Source: a virus (taxonomy: Duplodnaviria > Caudoviricetes). From it: a DNA stretch of 32,122 nucleotides. Shown piece after piece: positions 15,360-25,504 of the stretch. The notes under the pieces were generated by a model. It was not told the DNA's origin. It searched no databases and was given only the letters and a program-made list of their open reading frames with translations. Location: positions 1 through 32,122 of the IMG/VR virus record IMGVR_UViG_3300025018_000087. One strand, written 5' to 3'. The position numbers and the translations under genes are program-made. Positions within the stretch are counted from its first letter, which is position 1. Each line of letters begins with the position of its first letter.

Positions 15360-16094
15360 TTAAGCCACCGCAAAATGAAACGGTACATAAATATTGTGCG
15401 TCCCTGCGCTCCAAGATGCAGCAACCGCCGAAACATCCCCATAGAGCCTTACGACGCCACCCGTGTAAATTGTGAATATATTCTTCGCGGCTCCCCCCGC
15501 TTCGTTTGCACTAGCTGGAAATGCTGGATTGCTATAAGTTGCATGGGGAGTCGCTGGAAGCGTCACGGTTAAATAATCAATGGTTCCTGTGGTCGTCGTA
15601 TTAATCCTAACAAATCCAGTACAAAGCCGACCGTCTGGAGTAACGCGAGCGAATGACGAAGTAGTTGTGCTTGAAGTGGATCCAGTCCCACTCTTATCGA
15701 CCGTGGGGCTATAGGCGAGCGTTCCAGATGATGGATTTAAGCAAATAATATCTTTCCCATCATACCGGAAGATGTAAGTTGCATCTGCGAGCAATTGCCC
15801 TGCCGTAATCGCCGCACCTAGAAATGTATTGATGGTTTTAGCGCCGAGGCTATCGATATTAAGTGTCGAGCCGCCCGTGTTTACAACGTTGGTTTTTCCA
15901 AAGAATAATTGACCCGCCGCATATGCTCCAATGCTCGGAGATGATGTAGCCGTATAGGTATTAGCCGATCCAGAAAACGTTCCAAGCGAGATAGGGTTAC
16001 CGCCTCCAATTATTGCAAGCTGCAATATGTCAGAAACGTCCTGAAATGTTGGCTTATCGCCTTCAATTGCTGTGATTAAAGTTGAAAAACTCAC
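15360..16094 (-). CDS. Short tail fibre / receptor-binding protein
   Basis: GSANTYTAT..P.I.AYAAGQ....K....NTGGSTLNIDSLGAKTI is a common fibre segment; Thr/Ser/Gly-rich beta C-terminus; last tail gene. Confidence 0.65.
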   Translation of the reverse strand: MSFSTLITAIEGDKPTFQDVSDILQLAIIGGGNPISLGTFSGSANTYTATSSPSIGAYAAGQLFFGKTNVVNTGGSTLNIDSLGAKTINTFLGAAITAGQLLADATYIFRYDGKDIICLNPSSGTLAYSPTVDKSGTGSTSSTTTSSFARVTPDGRLCTGFVRINTTTTGTIDYLTVTLPATPHATYSNPAFPASANEAGGAAKNIFTIYTGGVVRLYGDVSAVAASWSAGTHNIYVPFHFAVA

Positions 16095-18550
16095 GTCGGA
16101 TCCTCCGGTTGTATAAGTAGCACAAGGGAGATTTCAGCGGTAGGAGTCTCGTGCCTATTGCCGCTTATCTCAATTCCACTTATTAACGCACGATACGTTT
16201 TGGCCCGTCTAAGGTAATTCCCCTGGATACATTCTATTGCACGCTCGTCTGAAGTGGCACCATCTCCCACTGCCGGAAATCCTGGATCGGGGCTCGTGCC
16301 CTCAAGGTTTGGTAATGCCGTATGCGATATTTCAACCACGCTCATAGGGGACAACGCGATCCCTCCATAATCAGAGGCAGCATTTGATCCGAAATATTTG
16401 TGATATGGAATAAACCCGCTCAATACTATCCAGGGCCTATTGAATCTTCGAAGCAAGTATTCTTTCATGGAATTTGCTGAAGTGCTATCCGCGATAAATG
16501 GGAACGCCGAATTTGCTATTTCCCGAACTCCAAAAATTGATTGACTAAGGGCGACAGCATCTCTCAATTCTTCATCAGCTTCGCTTGTCGCTACATTTGC
16601 AAATGTACTAAATTCGCCTTGGCTTATAATATATTCAATTCTTTGTGTTAAAACCCTCTCATCATAGAATAATTGAACTCTATTAACGATGCTTTCAGTC
16701 CCTTGTATTTGAGGCGGGGAGGAAATTTGAAAATCGTTTTCGGTGAATCGATAGGCTATCAACCCCTCTTCTCCCCACGCCCAAAGACCGAGATTATTAC
16801 TAATCCCCGCCGCTGCAATCAATAGGCATCCAACGTCGTCAAATAAATTATCGAGCACTCTTTCTTGTGTATTTCGACCCTTCACGATTCCAGCGATCGC
16901 CCTTGGATAGCTCGCAGAAATAGCGAGATCTGTCCCTGTATGAGACCCTGAATATTTAGCTTGTGAGAATTTATTTTGCTCCCAAACACCTCCACTCCAG
17001 TCCCTTGTTAAGAGATCCGCAATATATAACGGGTTAGAGAGTAGGGTATTCGCACTCCCCGAGATAGTGCCTTGATCGTTGTCCTGCAACCCGTCACAAA
17101 GCAATATCGGAGACAACGCAGAAACGTCCGGTCTTGAATCCGAAGTGCTATCGGACGTTATCAATAAGCTCGAAATGCCTAATCCATTATCAAAAAATTC
17201 ATGCTCCTGATCTAGCTTCATTCCATAGAGTTTTATAAATGACGCCGTAACGCCCGATACACCCCATTGTGGACCGCCCAAGCCATCCCCGCTAACATAA
17301 CGAGCAAAGCCGTATGGAGCATCCCAAAAGGTGGCAGTGCCAATCGCAACATAGTGCCCAACATAATCACTATTCCCCCCGTTTTTAGTTGGCTCAATTG
17401 TCTCATACACCTGCATTAATAATCGATTACTAGAATCGGTCGGGATTCCCTCGCGAAAAGAAAACAACACATCAAAATCAGATGAGCCTTTTATCTTCGT
17501 AAGATAATCGCTCTTTGGGACAAGTACCTGCTCAATTAATCTATCCGGGTATCCCCCCGATCCTTGACTCCAAAGCTCAAAAACAAAATTACTATTGCTG
17601 TCAACGCTAAACCCGCTATCGCTCAAACCTCCGTAAGTCGCCCTCGCCTCATATAGGATAACATTGGAATATTCCTGATCCGCTGGATCGACTGCAAATG
17701 GGGGGCTTCCCGCCGGCGTAAAGAACGGTTGAAAAATCGTTTGGCTGATCGTGTCGATCCCTGCTAAGAGCAGTTGCGTTCGTTCGCTCCCATAGTCAGA
17801 GCCATCGAAGATCTTATAGTCATTTGGAGATATGACAGTAATTCGATCGGTCTCTCGACCTCGAAAACTTACTTGAGAAATACCTCCATTCTTTACCTGG
17901 AGCCCTGTCCCTGAATCGTCTAAATCATTAAAGCACGTTGCATATGCAAATTTATTATCCGCTGCAATAGAATCAGTTTCGAGAAAGAATGCGGCAATCT
18001 CACGGTCGGCCCCAAAAACAAGCGGTAAGGTTCTCCCCCAAGCATCCTGATCCACGTCCGGGAAATCGGTAGGCATAATAGATTGATTCACAATCGTGAT
18101 AAGAGAAGGGGAATTTTTAATTTGAAGTTCAAGAGTATCAGTATTGATAACTAGCCCTGAGATTTCGCCCGTTAAAAATTCCCCTTCGGATGCTAGATCT
18201 TCTCCCTGATTGAGCATTTTCAAATAAACATTTACCTTCGATTTTATGAACGAGTACTTTGCAAGAGCGTCTGAAATGCGCCTATCAAATCCGAACGTCC
18301 CCCTAGTATTATCCAAGATAACATTGCCCCGAACGGAGGAAGGGACGTTTGCATCAACCTTGAATCCTAGCCCGGAATAACTAACTATCAGGTCTCTATA
18401 TTCATAATGAGAGAAATCTTTTTGAGAGACTGGAGTTCTATTAACAAAGCTAAATGTTTTTGAGCTTCCATCGATGAAGCTTTTTGCCAGCACATCAATG
18501 CGAATATAGAATTGCGAGATAACGCCGGGAATATAGTCAATCAGGCTCAT
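16091..18550 (-). CDS. Tail tip / baseplate hub protein
   Basis: 819 aa after TMP and the Dit-like genes; FPDVDQDAWGRTLPLVFG and IVNRVQLFY motifs resemble hub proteins. Confidence 0.65.
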   Translation of the reverse strand: MSLIDYIPGVISQFYIRIDVLAKSFIDGSSKTFSFVNRTPVSQKDFSHYEYRDLIVSYSGLGFKVDANVPSSVRGNVILDNTRGTFGFDRRISDALAKYSFIKSKVNVYLKMLNQGEDLASEGEFLTGEISGLVINTDTLELQIKNSPSLITIVNQSIMPTDFPDVDQDAWGRTLPLVFGADREIAAFFLETDSIAADNKFAYATCFNDLDDSGTGLQVKNGGISQVSFRGRETDRITVISPNDYKIFDGSDYGSERTQLLLAGIDTISQTIFQPFFTPAGSPPFAVDPADQEYSNVILYEARATYGGLSDSGFSVDSNSNFVFELWSQGSGGYPDRLIEQVLVPKSDYLTKIKGSSDFDVLFSFREGIPTDSSNRLLMQVYETIEPTKNGGNSDYVGHYVAIGTATFWDAPYGFARYVSGDGLGGPQWGVSGVTASFIKLYGMKLDQEHEFFDNGLGISSLLITSDSTSDSRPDVSALSPILLCDGLQDNDQGTISGSANTLLSNPLYIADLLTRDWSGGVWEQNKFSQAKYSGSHTGTDLAISASYPRAIAGIVKGRNTQERVLDNLFDDVGCLLIAAAGISNNLGLWAWGEEGLIAYRFTENDFQISSPPQIQGTESIVNRVQLFYDERVLTQRIEYIISQGEFSTFANVATSEADEELRDAVALSQSIFGVREIANSAFPFIADSTSANSMKEYLLRRFNRPWIVLSGFIPYHKYFGSNAASDYGGIALSPMSVVEISHTALPNLEGTSPDPGFPAVGDGATSDERAIECIQGNYLRRAKTYRALISGIEISGNRHETPTAEISLVLLIQPEDPT

Positions 18551-19260
18551 TGTGCTTCTCTGAAAATAAATTGGAGATCGTAAGTCCCTAGCCCCCTATC
18601 TTGAATTGATGGATCTGAGATCAGGCCCCATATGAGTTTTCGCCTAAAGAATAAATTATTCACACTCGGAGTGTAAAGAACAATATACCTCGAAGCGCCT
18701 GGGGCAAAGATAAATTCCTCTAAAGTTAATAAATTAGCCCTTGAAGTTGCTTCGATGGATATCGGATATTTCGAGAGCGGCTTTCGAGCTTCGGAAACAA
18801 ACTCATGATTTGAGAATGTCCCAGCATTCGGGAAGTGATCTAACGATATCTTCGATCGAAAAAGATAGAGCTGATCATAAGAGACGACTACCGATCCTAG
18901 TGTTGAGAATGTCACTTTCCAATAACGCTTTGCGTCGAGCGAGATTGCTTTTATAATATCCTCGCCGTTCTCGAGATCGTTTTCATCGAGATCAAAATCA
19001 TAAAAAACCGCATTGATGGTATACCCTGCATTATCTGCCCCCACGATTTCGCAATTAACAGTTTCTCCTGGGTTAGAATAGATGAGCTTGTGCGCTCCAT
19101 TAATAACAATATAGAGCGGGGTATAATCATAGCTTGAAACGCCTCCATACACCGTTGACAGGTCGGCATAAACCGGATTCCCGTAATACGCTAGGGTATC
19201 AAACTTCCCCTTCACGTCTCCGAAAAAACTATCGTAGAGAATTAAGAAATTATCGCTCAT
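18547..19260 (-). CDS. Minor tail protein (Dit-like)
   Basis: Position; ATGA overlap at 19260; KRYWKVTF motif. Confidence 0.55.
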   Translation of the reverse strand: MSDNFLILYDSFFGDVKGKFDTLAYYGNPVYADLSTVYGGVSSYDYTPLYIVINGAHKLIYSNPGETVNCEIVGADNAGYTINAVFYDFDLDENDLENGEDIIKAISLDAKRYWKVTFSTLGSVVVSYDQLYLFRSKISLDHFPNAGTFSNHEFVSEARKPLSKYPISIEATSRANLLTLEEFIFAPGASRYIVLYTPSVNNLFFRRKLIWGLISDPSIQDRGLGTYDLQFIFREAQ

Positions 19261-20072
19261 GGTAGCATCTCCATAATCGAGAATTTCGCAGTGTTCCAAT
19301 CGGGGTTTTCACTTCTACCAATTTCAAGCGCATCAACAAATACAAAGGGAAGATTGGTTTTCCCGAATAGTGGAGTAGCGTCGATGTGTGCGTATGCACA
19401 AAAGCAAGTCTTTGACCCCAAGGCATAAAGCACTTTTAAAACATTGATATTTGCAATGCTTAGTCCCTCGTAAAAGAGCGTTATCTTTCGAGCTGAATTG
19501 CTCGATCGCGTAACTCCAAGCGCGCCTGAATCTGCAACGAATGGCTCATTACCTTGAGGGTATGAGTAGCTCCAATCACTCGGATCTTTCCCGAGATCAA
19601 CAAAGCTTCCTATCATCACCTTATTCAGGAATAGATAATTTGAGCCACCGAAAGTAGCTTGGACCCTCCAATATTTATAAGCGCTTGTTTCGGTGAATGT
19701 CCGAAACTTATCAATTTCCGAGCCTGAAAACGATCCGATGGTAGTATTACTTGGAGCGCCTGGAATAAACGTATCCACTGTGGCCCAGGAACTACCATCC
19801 GAACTTCTATCTAATGTTATTGAACTAATATTAAAATCATAAGCATAGGCCCCGCCAAGCAGATACCAATAATTCGCCGATCGGATATCAGAATCAGCGA
19901 GTCTAAAAGTTATGGTTTTGTTATTACTATCGGCATCTAAAGAATAACAGTAATTTGCTCTCGACTTGGAATGAACATTCCGAGATTCAAAAAACTCTCT
20001 CTCGTTAAAATCAACCGTCCTCCTGATTGCAGCAATAGGAATCTCGGGATAGGCGAATAAGATATTTGTCAT
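19257..20072 (-). CDS. Minor tail protein (Dit-like with discoidin-like insert)
   Basis: Follows TMP; SSDGSSWATV and AYKYWRV are typical of F5/8-type C / galactose-binding folds. Confidence 0.6.
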   Translation of the reverse strand: MTNILFAYPEIPIAAIRRTVDFNEREFFESRNVHSKSRANYCYSLDADSNNKTITFRLADSDIRSANYWYLLGGAYAYDFNISSITLDRSSDGSSWATVDTFIPGAPSNTTIGSFSGSEIDKFRTFTETSAYKYWRVQATFGGSNYLFLNKVMIGSFVDLGKDPSDWSYSYPQGNEPFVADSGALGVTRSSNSARKITLFYEGLSIANINVLKVLYALGSKTCFCAYAHIDATPLFGKTNLPFVFVDALEIGRSENPDWNTAKFSIMEMLP

Positions 20073-22912
20073 TGAGCAATTCCCGGCCCCACTTGATTAA
20101 GTGCCGATTGAGCGCCGCTATCGAGATACTTTGTTTTAACATTGATTGTTAAGTTTGTTTGCACATCAGCACGATTTAACGCATCGAGCTTCTCCTTAAT
20201 ACGATCGATGTCTGAGGCAAGACTTTCTCCACCCTGCGCAAGTAGATCCGAGAATGCAAATCCCTGGCTTTGTAAGTCTGCAAGTACCTGGATAGCACCT
20301 CGATCGCTGATATCAATAATGTCTTGAATCGATTCCACGCCCGCTTCGGACAGTGCTTCAAATATTTGTGCAGCGTCCTTAGTTGATCCGCCCGTTGCTT
20401 CGATGATGTCCTTTAAATCTGTTATGCTTTTGCCACCAAGCTCCTTCGCCTCTGCTCCGATCGCCTTAAACGCTGCAATGGTTGTGGCCCCCCCGAACAC
20501 ACCGGCCTGCTTAACCGCATCAAGTGCCGTGGTAACGGCTCCAATTTGCCCAGGAATTCCATTCTCTGCTAATGTCCCGAGACCCCTCAATGCCCCCTCG
20601 GCCTCGAGAAAACTTTGCTCTCCCTTCTTCGTGCTCGTTTCAATGGCCTTCCCCATGTCTTCAAACGAAATCCCGAGCGAGTCCACGGCGCCTCGAAGCG
20701 CGAATAAATTACCTTGGAACGCCGTCGCAAGCTCTCCAGCAAATTGAAATCCCAGATTCTCTGGATCACCTATAATTTCAGAAAGTGCTAAGCCAACTCC
20801 TGAAAATGCGTTCCTTGCCACGTCAGGGAGATCGTCAAATATGGCGAATCCCTCGACTACCCCGTCTTTCGCATTGCTAAAAATATCTCTTGGAAAATCT
20901 ACTAGATCGCTTAATTTTTTAAGCTCTCCATTTATCACGGCACTTGCATTCACTGCGTCAAAGGCGTCAATTAAAAATCCTTCAAAATCTTCTCGAGCGT
21001 TCGCTTCGGCATTCAGCTTGCCCCCGAAGGCGTGAGAAATTCCGTCTGAAATACCACCAGCGATCTTTCCTCCAAGAAACGATCCTAAGTAACTACCCAC
21101 CGGACCGAATTCGGAACCGAGCGCCGCCCCTGCTGACTTGCCGAGGCTTTGAGCCGCATTCTTAAAATCTTGAGACTTGCCACCATCGATGGCCCCCGCA
21201 AAATCAGAGATGCCACTTGCAAGGGCATCTCCAATGCTTTTCCCAATGTTTTCTTGTAGCCCTTGCTGGATGTCTGATCCATCACCCCCGCCAAATAGCG
21301 ATTCGAATATGCCGTCAAAAATACCCCCGCCTTGCCTTACGCTGTCCTTTGCTTCCTTCACTCGATCAGCAACGCCGCTCAAAACAGTATCGGCAGAAAC
21401 GCCCATCCTGATAAGCTCGTCCCCCGTTTCTTTTATGTAGTTGATAAACTCTTGAGATTGGTCTAACACCTGAGAGTCTGAGAACACGGTCCCAAGTGTG
21501 TGCTTAAAGTCCTCAACCTTATCAACCGATCGTGTAAGTGTGAGAGAAAGATCTAAGCTCTTCTTAAAATTCTCAAGCTCCTCATTAGTCTTTTTTATCT
21601 GATCCTTTAGCGCTTTTGCGGCATCTTCCTGCTCTTTAGTTGCTTCAGTGTTTTTAATGGTCGATGCCGCCACCTCTATCCCAACCTTCCTTAAATCTTG
21701 TTCGGCTTTTATGAGCTTTCTCTTTTCACGCTCTGCTGAGAGTTGCTCCCTTGCGAGCTGATGAGTCGATTTCACTTGCGCCTCGACCGTCTCTACTACT
21801 TGAGCGCTTGCCTCGTCCAACACCCCGAGCTGAACCGCGAACCCTATGACGGTATCTTTTGCGGATCTTACTACATCGATCATCGATCGAACTTTCGAGA
21901 TGACCTCAAAAATTACTTTCCCGAGCGCTTGGAATACAGCAATCCCCACATCCTTAATTACTGAAAAAACTGGCCCTAATGCATCATTGAGAAACCTTGC
22001 ACCAATAATGAATTCATTTATCCTTTGAGTTGCCACTTGCAGCCCCTCCTTTACGAACGCAACGATTGCGGGAGTGTTCTCAATTATCGCGGCTTGCAGA
22101 TCTCGAAACACCGCTGTTAGTTCAGGGCTTTCATTGATCACTACCCCGATCTCTCCAGTAAGATCCGAGATGCTGTTCAGCAAAGCATCATAGGAGTTTT
22201 TCGTGCTATCTGTAACCTGAGCTTGGATTTGTAGCGAGTCCTTTACCGCCTTAAGGGATGCGGCCTGAAGAGCTTGTCTTTTCTGAATATCATCTAAATC
22301 CTTTGCTGCTACTCCGATCGCTTTTCCATAATCTTCATAAGCCTTTTTCGAATCAACCAAGATTCCTAATTGAGATAGTCCCGCCGTTCGACCTGATATA
22401 ATGGCATCGTTTAATTGCGTGATCGTCTGAGTGACATCCTTATTTAAGGAATTCCCGAGCCTTGCTCCAAGGTCGGCGATGTCTGCAAAACCCTGCTTAT
22501 ATCCAGGGATTTGAGCGCTCAGTCCCTTGTTCGCAATTGCCAATAGGTCAGTCGCCTTCGTAAGTCCAAGAGTTCGATCTCTTGCTTCATTGAGAATGTC
22601 GCTTGTCCCTCCAAGCGCATCGAATCCAGCACGCAAGCTTCCAAGCTCTTCACCCTTGGCGGCGAGCGCCACTATCGCCGCTGTTGCTGCCCCCGCCGAT
22701 GCAACAAACGCAGCAACGGCAATCGCTGCACCTTTAGCGGCCTTAATCCCGTCGAACCCCCTACTTAATCCTTCGAGCGCTCCAGTGGTTTTTTTTGCTG
22801 TTTTGTCAAGGTCGCTAAGATTGTGATCGATTTGATCGATCTTCCTATCGGCGTCATTGTCCTTAACGATAAGTTCAATATCAATGTCGTTATCGTTACC
22901 GCCCGAAACCAT
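20069..22912 (-). CDS. Tape measure protein
   Basis: 947 aa, Ala/Gly/Leu-rich and helical, hydrophobic segments, N-terminal IELIVKDND; follows the tail chaperones. Confidence 0.9.
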   Translation of the reverse strand: MVSGGNDNDIDIELIVKDNDADRKIDQIDHNLSDLDKTAKKTTGALEGLSRGFDGIKAAKGAAIAVAAFVASAGAATAAIVALAAKGEELGSLRAGFDALGGTSDILNEARDRTLGLTKATDLLAIANKGLSAQIPGYKQGFADIADLGARLGNSLNKDVTQTITQLNDAIISGRTAGLSQLGILVDSKKAYEDYGKAIGVAAKDLDDIQKRQALQAASLKAVKDSLQIQAQVTDSTKNSYDALLNSISDLTGEIGVVINESPELTAVFRDLQAAIIENTPAIVAFVKEGLQVATQRINEFIIGARFLNDALGPVFSVIKDVGIAVFQALGKVIFEVISKVRSMIDVVRSAKDTVIGFAVQLGVLDEASAQVVETVEAQVKSTHQLAREQLSAEREKRKLIKAEQDLRKVGIEVAASTIKNTEATKEQEDAAKALKDQIKKTNEELENFKKSLDLSLTLTRSVDKVEDFKHTLGTVFSDSQVLDQSQEFINYIKETGDELIRMGVSADTVLSGVADRVKEAKDSVRQGGGIFDGIFESLFGGGDGSDIQQGLQENIGKSIGDALASGISDFAGAIDGGKSQDFKNAAQSLGKSAGAALGSEFGPVGSYLGSFLGGKIAGGISDGISHAFGGKLNAEANAREDFEGFLIDAFDAVNASAVINGELKKLSDLVDFPRDIFSNAKDGVVEGFAIFDDLPDVARNAFSGVGLALSEIIGDPENLGFQFAGELATAFQGNLFALRGAVDSLGISFEDMGKAIETSTKKGEQSFLEAEGALRGLGTLAENGIPGQIGAVTTALDAVKQAGVFGGATTIAAFKAIGAEAKELGGKSITDLKDIIEATGGSTKDAAQIFEALSEAGVESIQDIIDISDRGAIQVLADLQSQGFAFSDLLAQGGESLASDIDRIKEKLDALNRADVQTNLTINVKTKYLDSGAQSALNQVGPGIAQ

Positions 22913-22920
22913 CTAAGACC

Positions 22921-23274
22921 CTACCTACAATTCCTCCCGAGAGGAGTTCGAATATTTAGCACGCTGCTAATCAACATCTCCCGCACAAGCTCCTCGACTT
23001 TCGTTCTGAGCCTTGCATCCATTAAGACCGCATCATTTATGGTCAAGCAAAGTTGTTTTAATTCTGCCGATATTTCGTGCTCTGGATTATTTTGAGCCCA
23101 ATAAGTTACAACGTCTAGGCACTTTATCATTCTATCATTGACCCAAAACGAGAACTCGTTTGGCTTGGGCACCTTATTGAGCGTCTCGATATCCTTGGCC
23201 GAAAGCTTCAAATCACGCTCTCTTTGCAGGTTATCCGTATCAATCAGCGGTTCTTGCCTCTTTTGCGATTCCAT
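22921..23274 (-). CDS. Hypothetical protein between tail chaperone and TMP
   Basis: 117-aa ORF filling the gap; overlaps the chaperone extension. Confidence 0.55.
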   Translation of the reverse strand: MESQKRQEPLIDTDNLQRERDLKLSAKDIETLNKVPKPNEFSFWVNDRMIKCLDVVTYWAQNNPEHEISAELKQLCLTINDAVLMDARLRTKVEELVREMLISSVLNIRTPLGRNCR

Positions 23275-23624
23275 CTTTCAACATCCCTTTGACGTTTTTC
23301 GGCCCAAATCGTTTCAAGCTCCAGAAGAAGCCATGGACTCTCATCGAGGCCAATTTCCTTTAGTTGCGCACTGTAAAGCTCCGTACTCCCATTAAGATCT
23401 AATAGTAACCGAGCCGCCTCGAACTTTCTGCAAGCCTCATTCACAACCGGATCGGAAGCGAGACCGGGGAACTCCTCATCGTTCTCAATATAACAGTTCG
23501 CACAATCGGGAAGCTCCCTCTCTTCTTCACATACGCGAAAGCACTGCTCACAATAAAGATTAGGATCTTCAAGTACGAGTAACCGGAAGCGCTTTTTTAT
23601 TGCGCGTCCGATTCTTCGTTTTTT
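23244..23624 (-). CDS. Tail assembly chaperone C-terminal extension (gpGT-like), reached by -1 frameshift
   Basis: The -1 frame is open from slippery A AAA AAC (23624-23618) to TGA at 23244 and includes the ORF-track 23244..23444 ORF. Confidence 0.8.
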   Translation of the reverse strand, partial: KKRRIGRAIKKRFRLLVLEDPNLYCEQCFRVCEEERELPDCANCYIENDEEFPGLASDPVVNEACRKFEAARLLLDLNGSTELYSAQLKEIGLDESPWLLLELETIWAEKRQRDVERWNRKRGKNR

Positions 23625-23968
23625 TGATCCTCCCCCTCGCCGCTGACCTTAGCGCTCCAAGCCTTATAAATGTCGTTCAAGATATCAGAATAAAGATCCA
23701 TGTCTTTAATCATCTGAGGAGTAACTTCAGTTCCATCCTCGAGCTGTAAATCTTCCACGGCAATGAGATTATTACTGATAATCCCTGTCCGTTTTTTGGT
23801 AAGTTCCACCTTCTCGTCAACGGTATTGGCGCTCTCTATTAGCTCATCAAGCCCTTCCAACTCATAGATATCGCGCAACGCTTCGTTTCTTTTCTGTTTC
23901 TTAAAAACACAAAAGAAGGTTCCTTCGCTCGTAACTACCTTAGCCTTGAAGGTGCTTTTTAGTTTCAT
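23597..23968 (-). CDS. Tail assembly chaperone (gpG-like)
   Basis: Between tail tube and TMP, acidic, ends ...DQKNEESDAQ over a slippery site; AAGGAG SD. Confidence 0.8.
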   Translation of the reverse strand: MKLKSTFKAKVVTSEGTFFCVFKKQKRNEALRDIYELEGLDELIESANTVDEKVELTKKRTGIISNNLIAVEDLQLEDGTEVTPQMIKDMDLYSDILNDIYKAWSAKVSGEGEDQKNEESDAQ

Positions 23969-23976
23969 CTTACTCC

Positions 23977-25023
23977 TTAGCTTATATATGCACTTAATTT
24001 AGTGTTTACAATTCTAATATATGGATACGAATCTAACATTCCAGTAGGGGCCGCACTTGCCTTCAGTGCTTTAAAGGTGAGTGTTGAAGGATTCCTGCCT
24101 GGAGAGCTTGCGCCATGATCTACTGGCACAACTAACTTTAACCGTGGGAAGTACACTTCAAAGGCGTAGTTATTACCACCACCGATCGCGGTTGATGACA
24201 CTAGCATTGCTGCTTTGTACTCTGTCCCGGCCTGATGAGCTGCGTAGAAATCCAAGTTCGGTAGATTCTTTTGCTCCACCACGAGAGTAAACCCGAGCGG
24301 GATTCCTTGCGAAGATTCCGGCTCTCCGTTCCCCGCTGCACAACGAATCTCAGAGACAAACTCTTGAGGTCGAACCCCGTTCACAGTAACGCTCACCACA
24401 GAGAGACAATCACTATCAGACAATGCCCCGCCCGCTTGTGCGTTAATGCGAAACTTATCAGTAGGCCGAACAATAACGCGCTTTGTATTCGCGACCGTAG
24501 TGTTATTCAGGTCCGAAATGGTATTCGTTGGGCTTGTGAATTCTTGCGCGTTCGCAAGCAATTCCAGTGCCATCGTAGCTTTGTCGTTCGAAATGAATCC
24601 AAGGTCTAGGCTCGTTACTGTTGCGCTTGCATACTCTGTTAGGCTCCCCGCTGTTTTTAAATCGGCAACAGTCAACCACTTCTGATTGAATGTTTCATTG
24701 ACTAGAATCGAATGAGCATATGCACCGCTCCCTAAACTTGCTACAGACGCGCCGCCAAAGAAGTTCGCCATTGCGACAATTCCAGCGTCATCGTAAAACA
24801 ACTTCTTATCGATCGATATTGTTGGAGCTGTCGATCCAATGTCTGAATCAGTCTCCATTACAACGCCTGCACCGATTGAGTTCTCAGTTAGCTCAGTAGT
24901 ATTCTCGCTGTCTGAATAACTCTCCACCTCAACTCGATCGCCTGTCCCTACCGTTGCCGCCGTTCCGAAGGTGCCAGCCTCCTTAATGGCAATGATTTTC
25001 TGTGATCCTTTGATTGCTGTCAT
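23977..25023 (-). CDS. Major tail tube protein
   Basis: N-terminal IAIKEAGTFGTA and C-terminal FPRLKL...LTFKAL patterns; strong SD; position. Confidence 0.85.
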   Translation of the reverse strand: MTAIKGSQKIIAIKEAGTFGTAATVGTGDRVEVESYSDSENTTELTENSIGAGVVMETDSDIGSTAPTISIDKKLFYDDAGIVAMANFFGGASVASLGSGAYAHSILVNETFNQKWLTVADLKTAGSLTEYASATVTSLDLGFISNDKATMALELLANAQEFTSPTNTISDLNNTTVANTKRVIVRPTDKFRINAQAGGALSDSDCLSVVSVTVNGVRPQEFVSEIRCAAGNGEPESSQGIPLGFTLVVEQKNLPNLDFYAAHQAGTEYKAAMLVSSTAIGGGNNYAFEVYFPRLKLVVPVDHGASSPGRNPSTLTFKALKASAAPTGMLDSYPYIRIVNTKLSAYIS

Positions 25024-25033
25024 GATAAAACTC

Positions 25034-25504
25034 CTATGAAACTATAGACTCACTTTTTAGGCCGTCAAAAGTTAGGCTTCCCCGCCATAACTTTTCATCG
25101 GCAAAATCAACTTGTGCAATCTGAAACGTGCCTGATTGTGGTGTATATAAATCCACAGACTCATTCCATGTATATCCAAGCCCCGATCGCACTGTTTCTA
25201 AAATTAATGAGAGCGCATTTCTAGTCGCTATGTAATTCACGCCCTCAGTGTCCTTTTCTCGGAAATATACTACCTCAACACGAAACACTCGTTCTAGTTC
25301 ATTTAACGAGATGAAGTTTTGCCCCTCAGTAATGAGCGCTTGAAAGAAGTTCATCTCTTGATTGAAGTAAAGGCGGTTAAGCTCCCTTTCGGAATCCTGC
25401 ACAATATCATAAAAAAAATAGTTCTCAGTAACTAACTGAACTGAAGCGTTCTGAAATACGTAGGTATTCCATGCGGTTTGAACGTCTTCGATTGCTATGG
25501 TCAT
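25034..25504 (-). CDS. Putative tail terminator/completion protein
   Basis: 156 aa, acidic, immediately upstream of the tail tube. Confidence 0.55.
   Translation of the reverse strand: MTIAIEDVQTAWNTYVFQNASVQLVTENYFFYDIVQDSERELNRLYFNQEMNFFQALITEGQNFISLNELERVFRVEVVYFREKDTEGVNYIATRNALSLILETVRSGLGYTWNESVDLYTPQSGTFQIAQVDFADEKLWRGSLTFDGLKSESIVS

Noticed and set aside
15217-15414. Alternative-frame ORF as an embedded o-spanin
   Set aside because: No hydrophobic signal peptide or valid lipobox.
16893-16900. HIP1 (GCGATCGC) as evidence of a cyanobacterial host
   Set aside because: Only one full octamer seen; the bases flanking CGATCG vary, and there are no cyanophage marker genes.
15360-18550. Diversity-generating retroelement or invertible tail-fibre cassette
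   Set aside because: No reverse transcriptase, invertase or template/variable repeat pair found.
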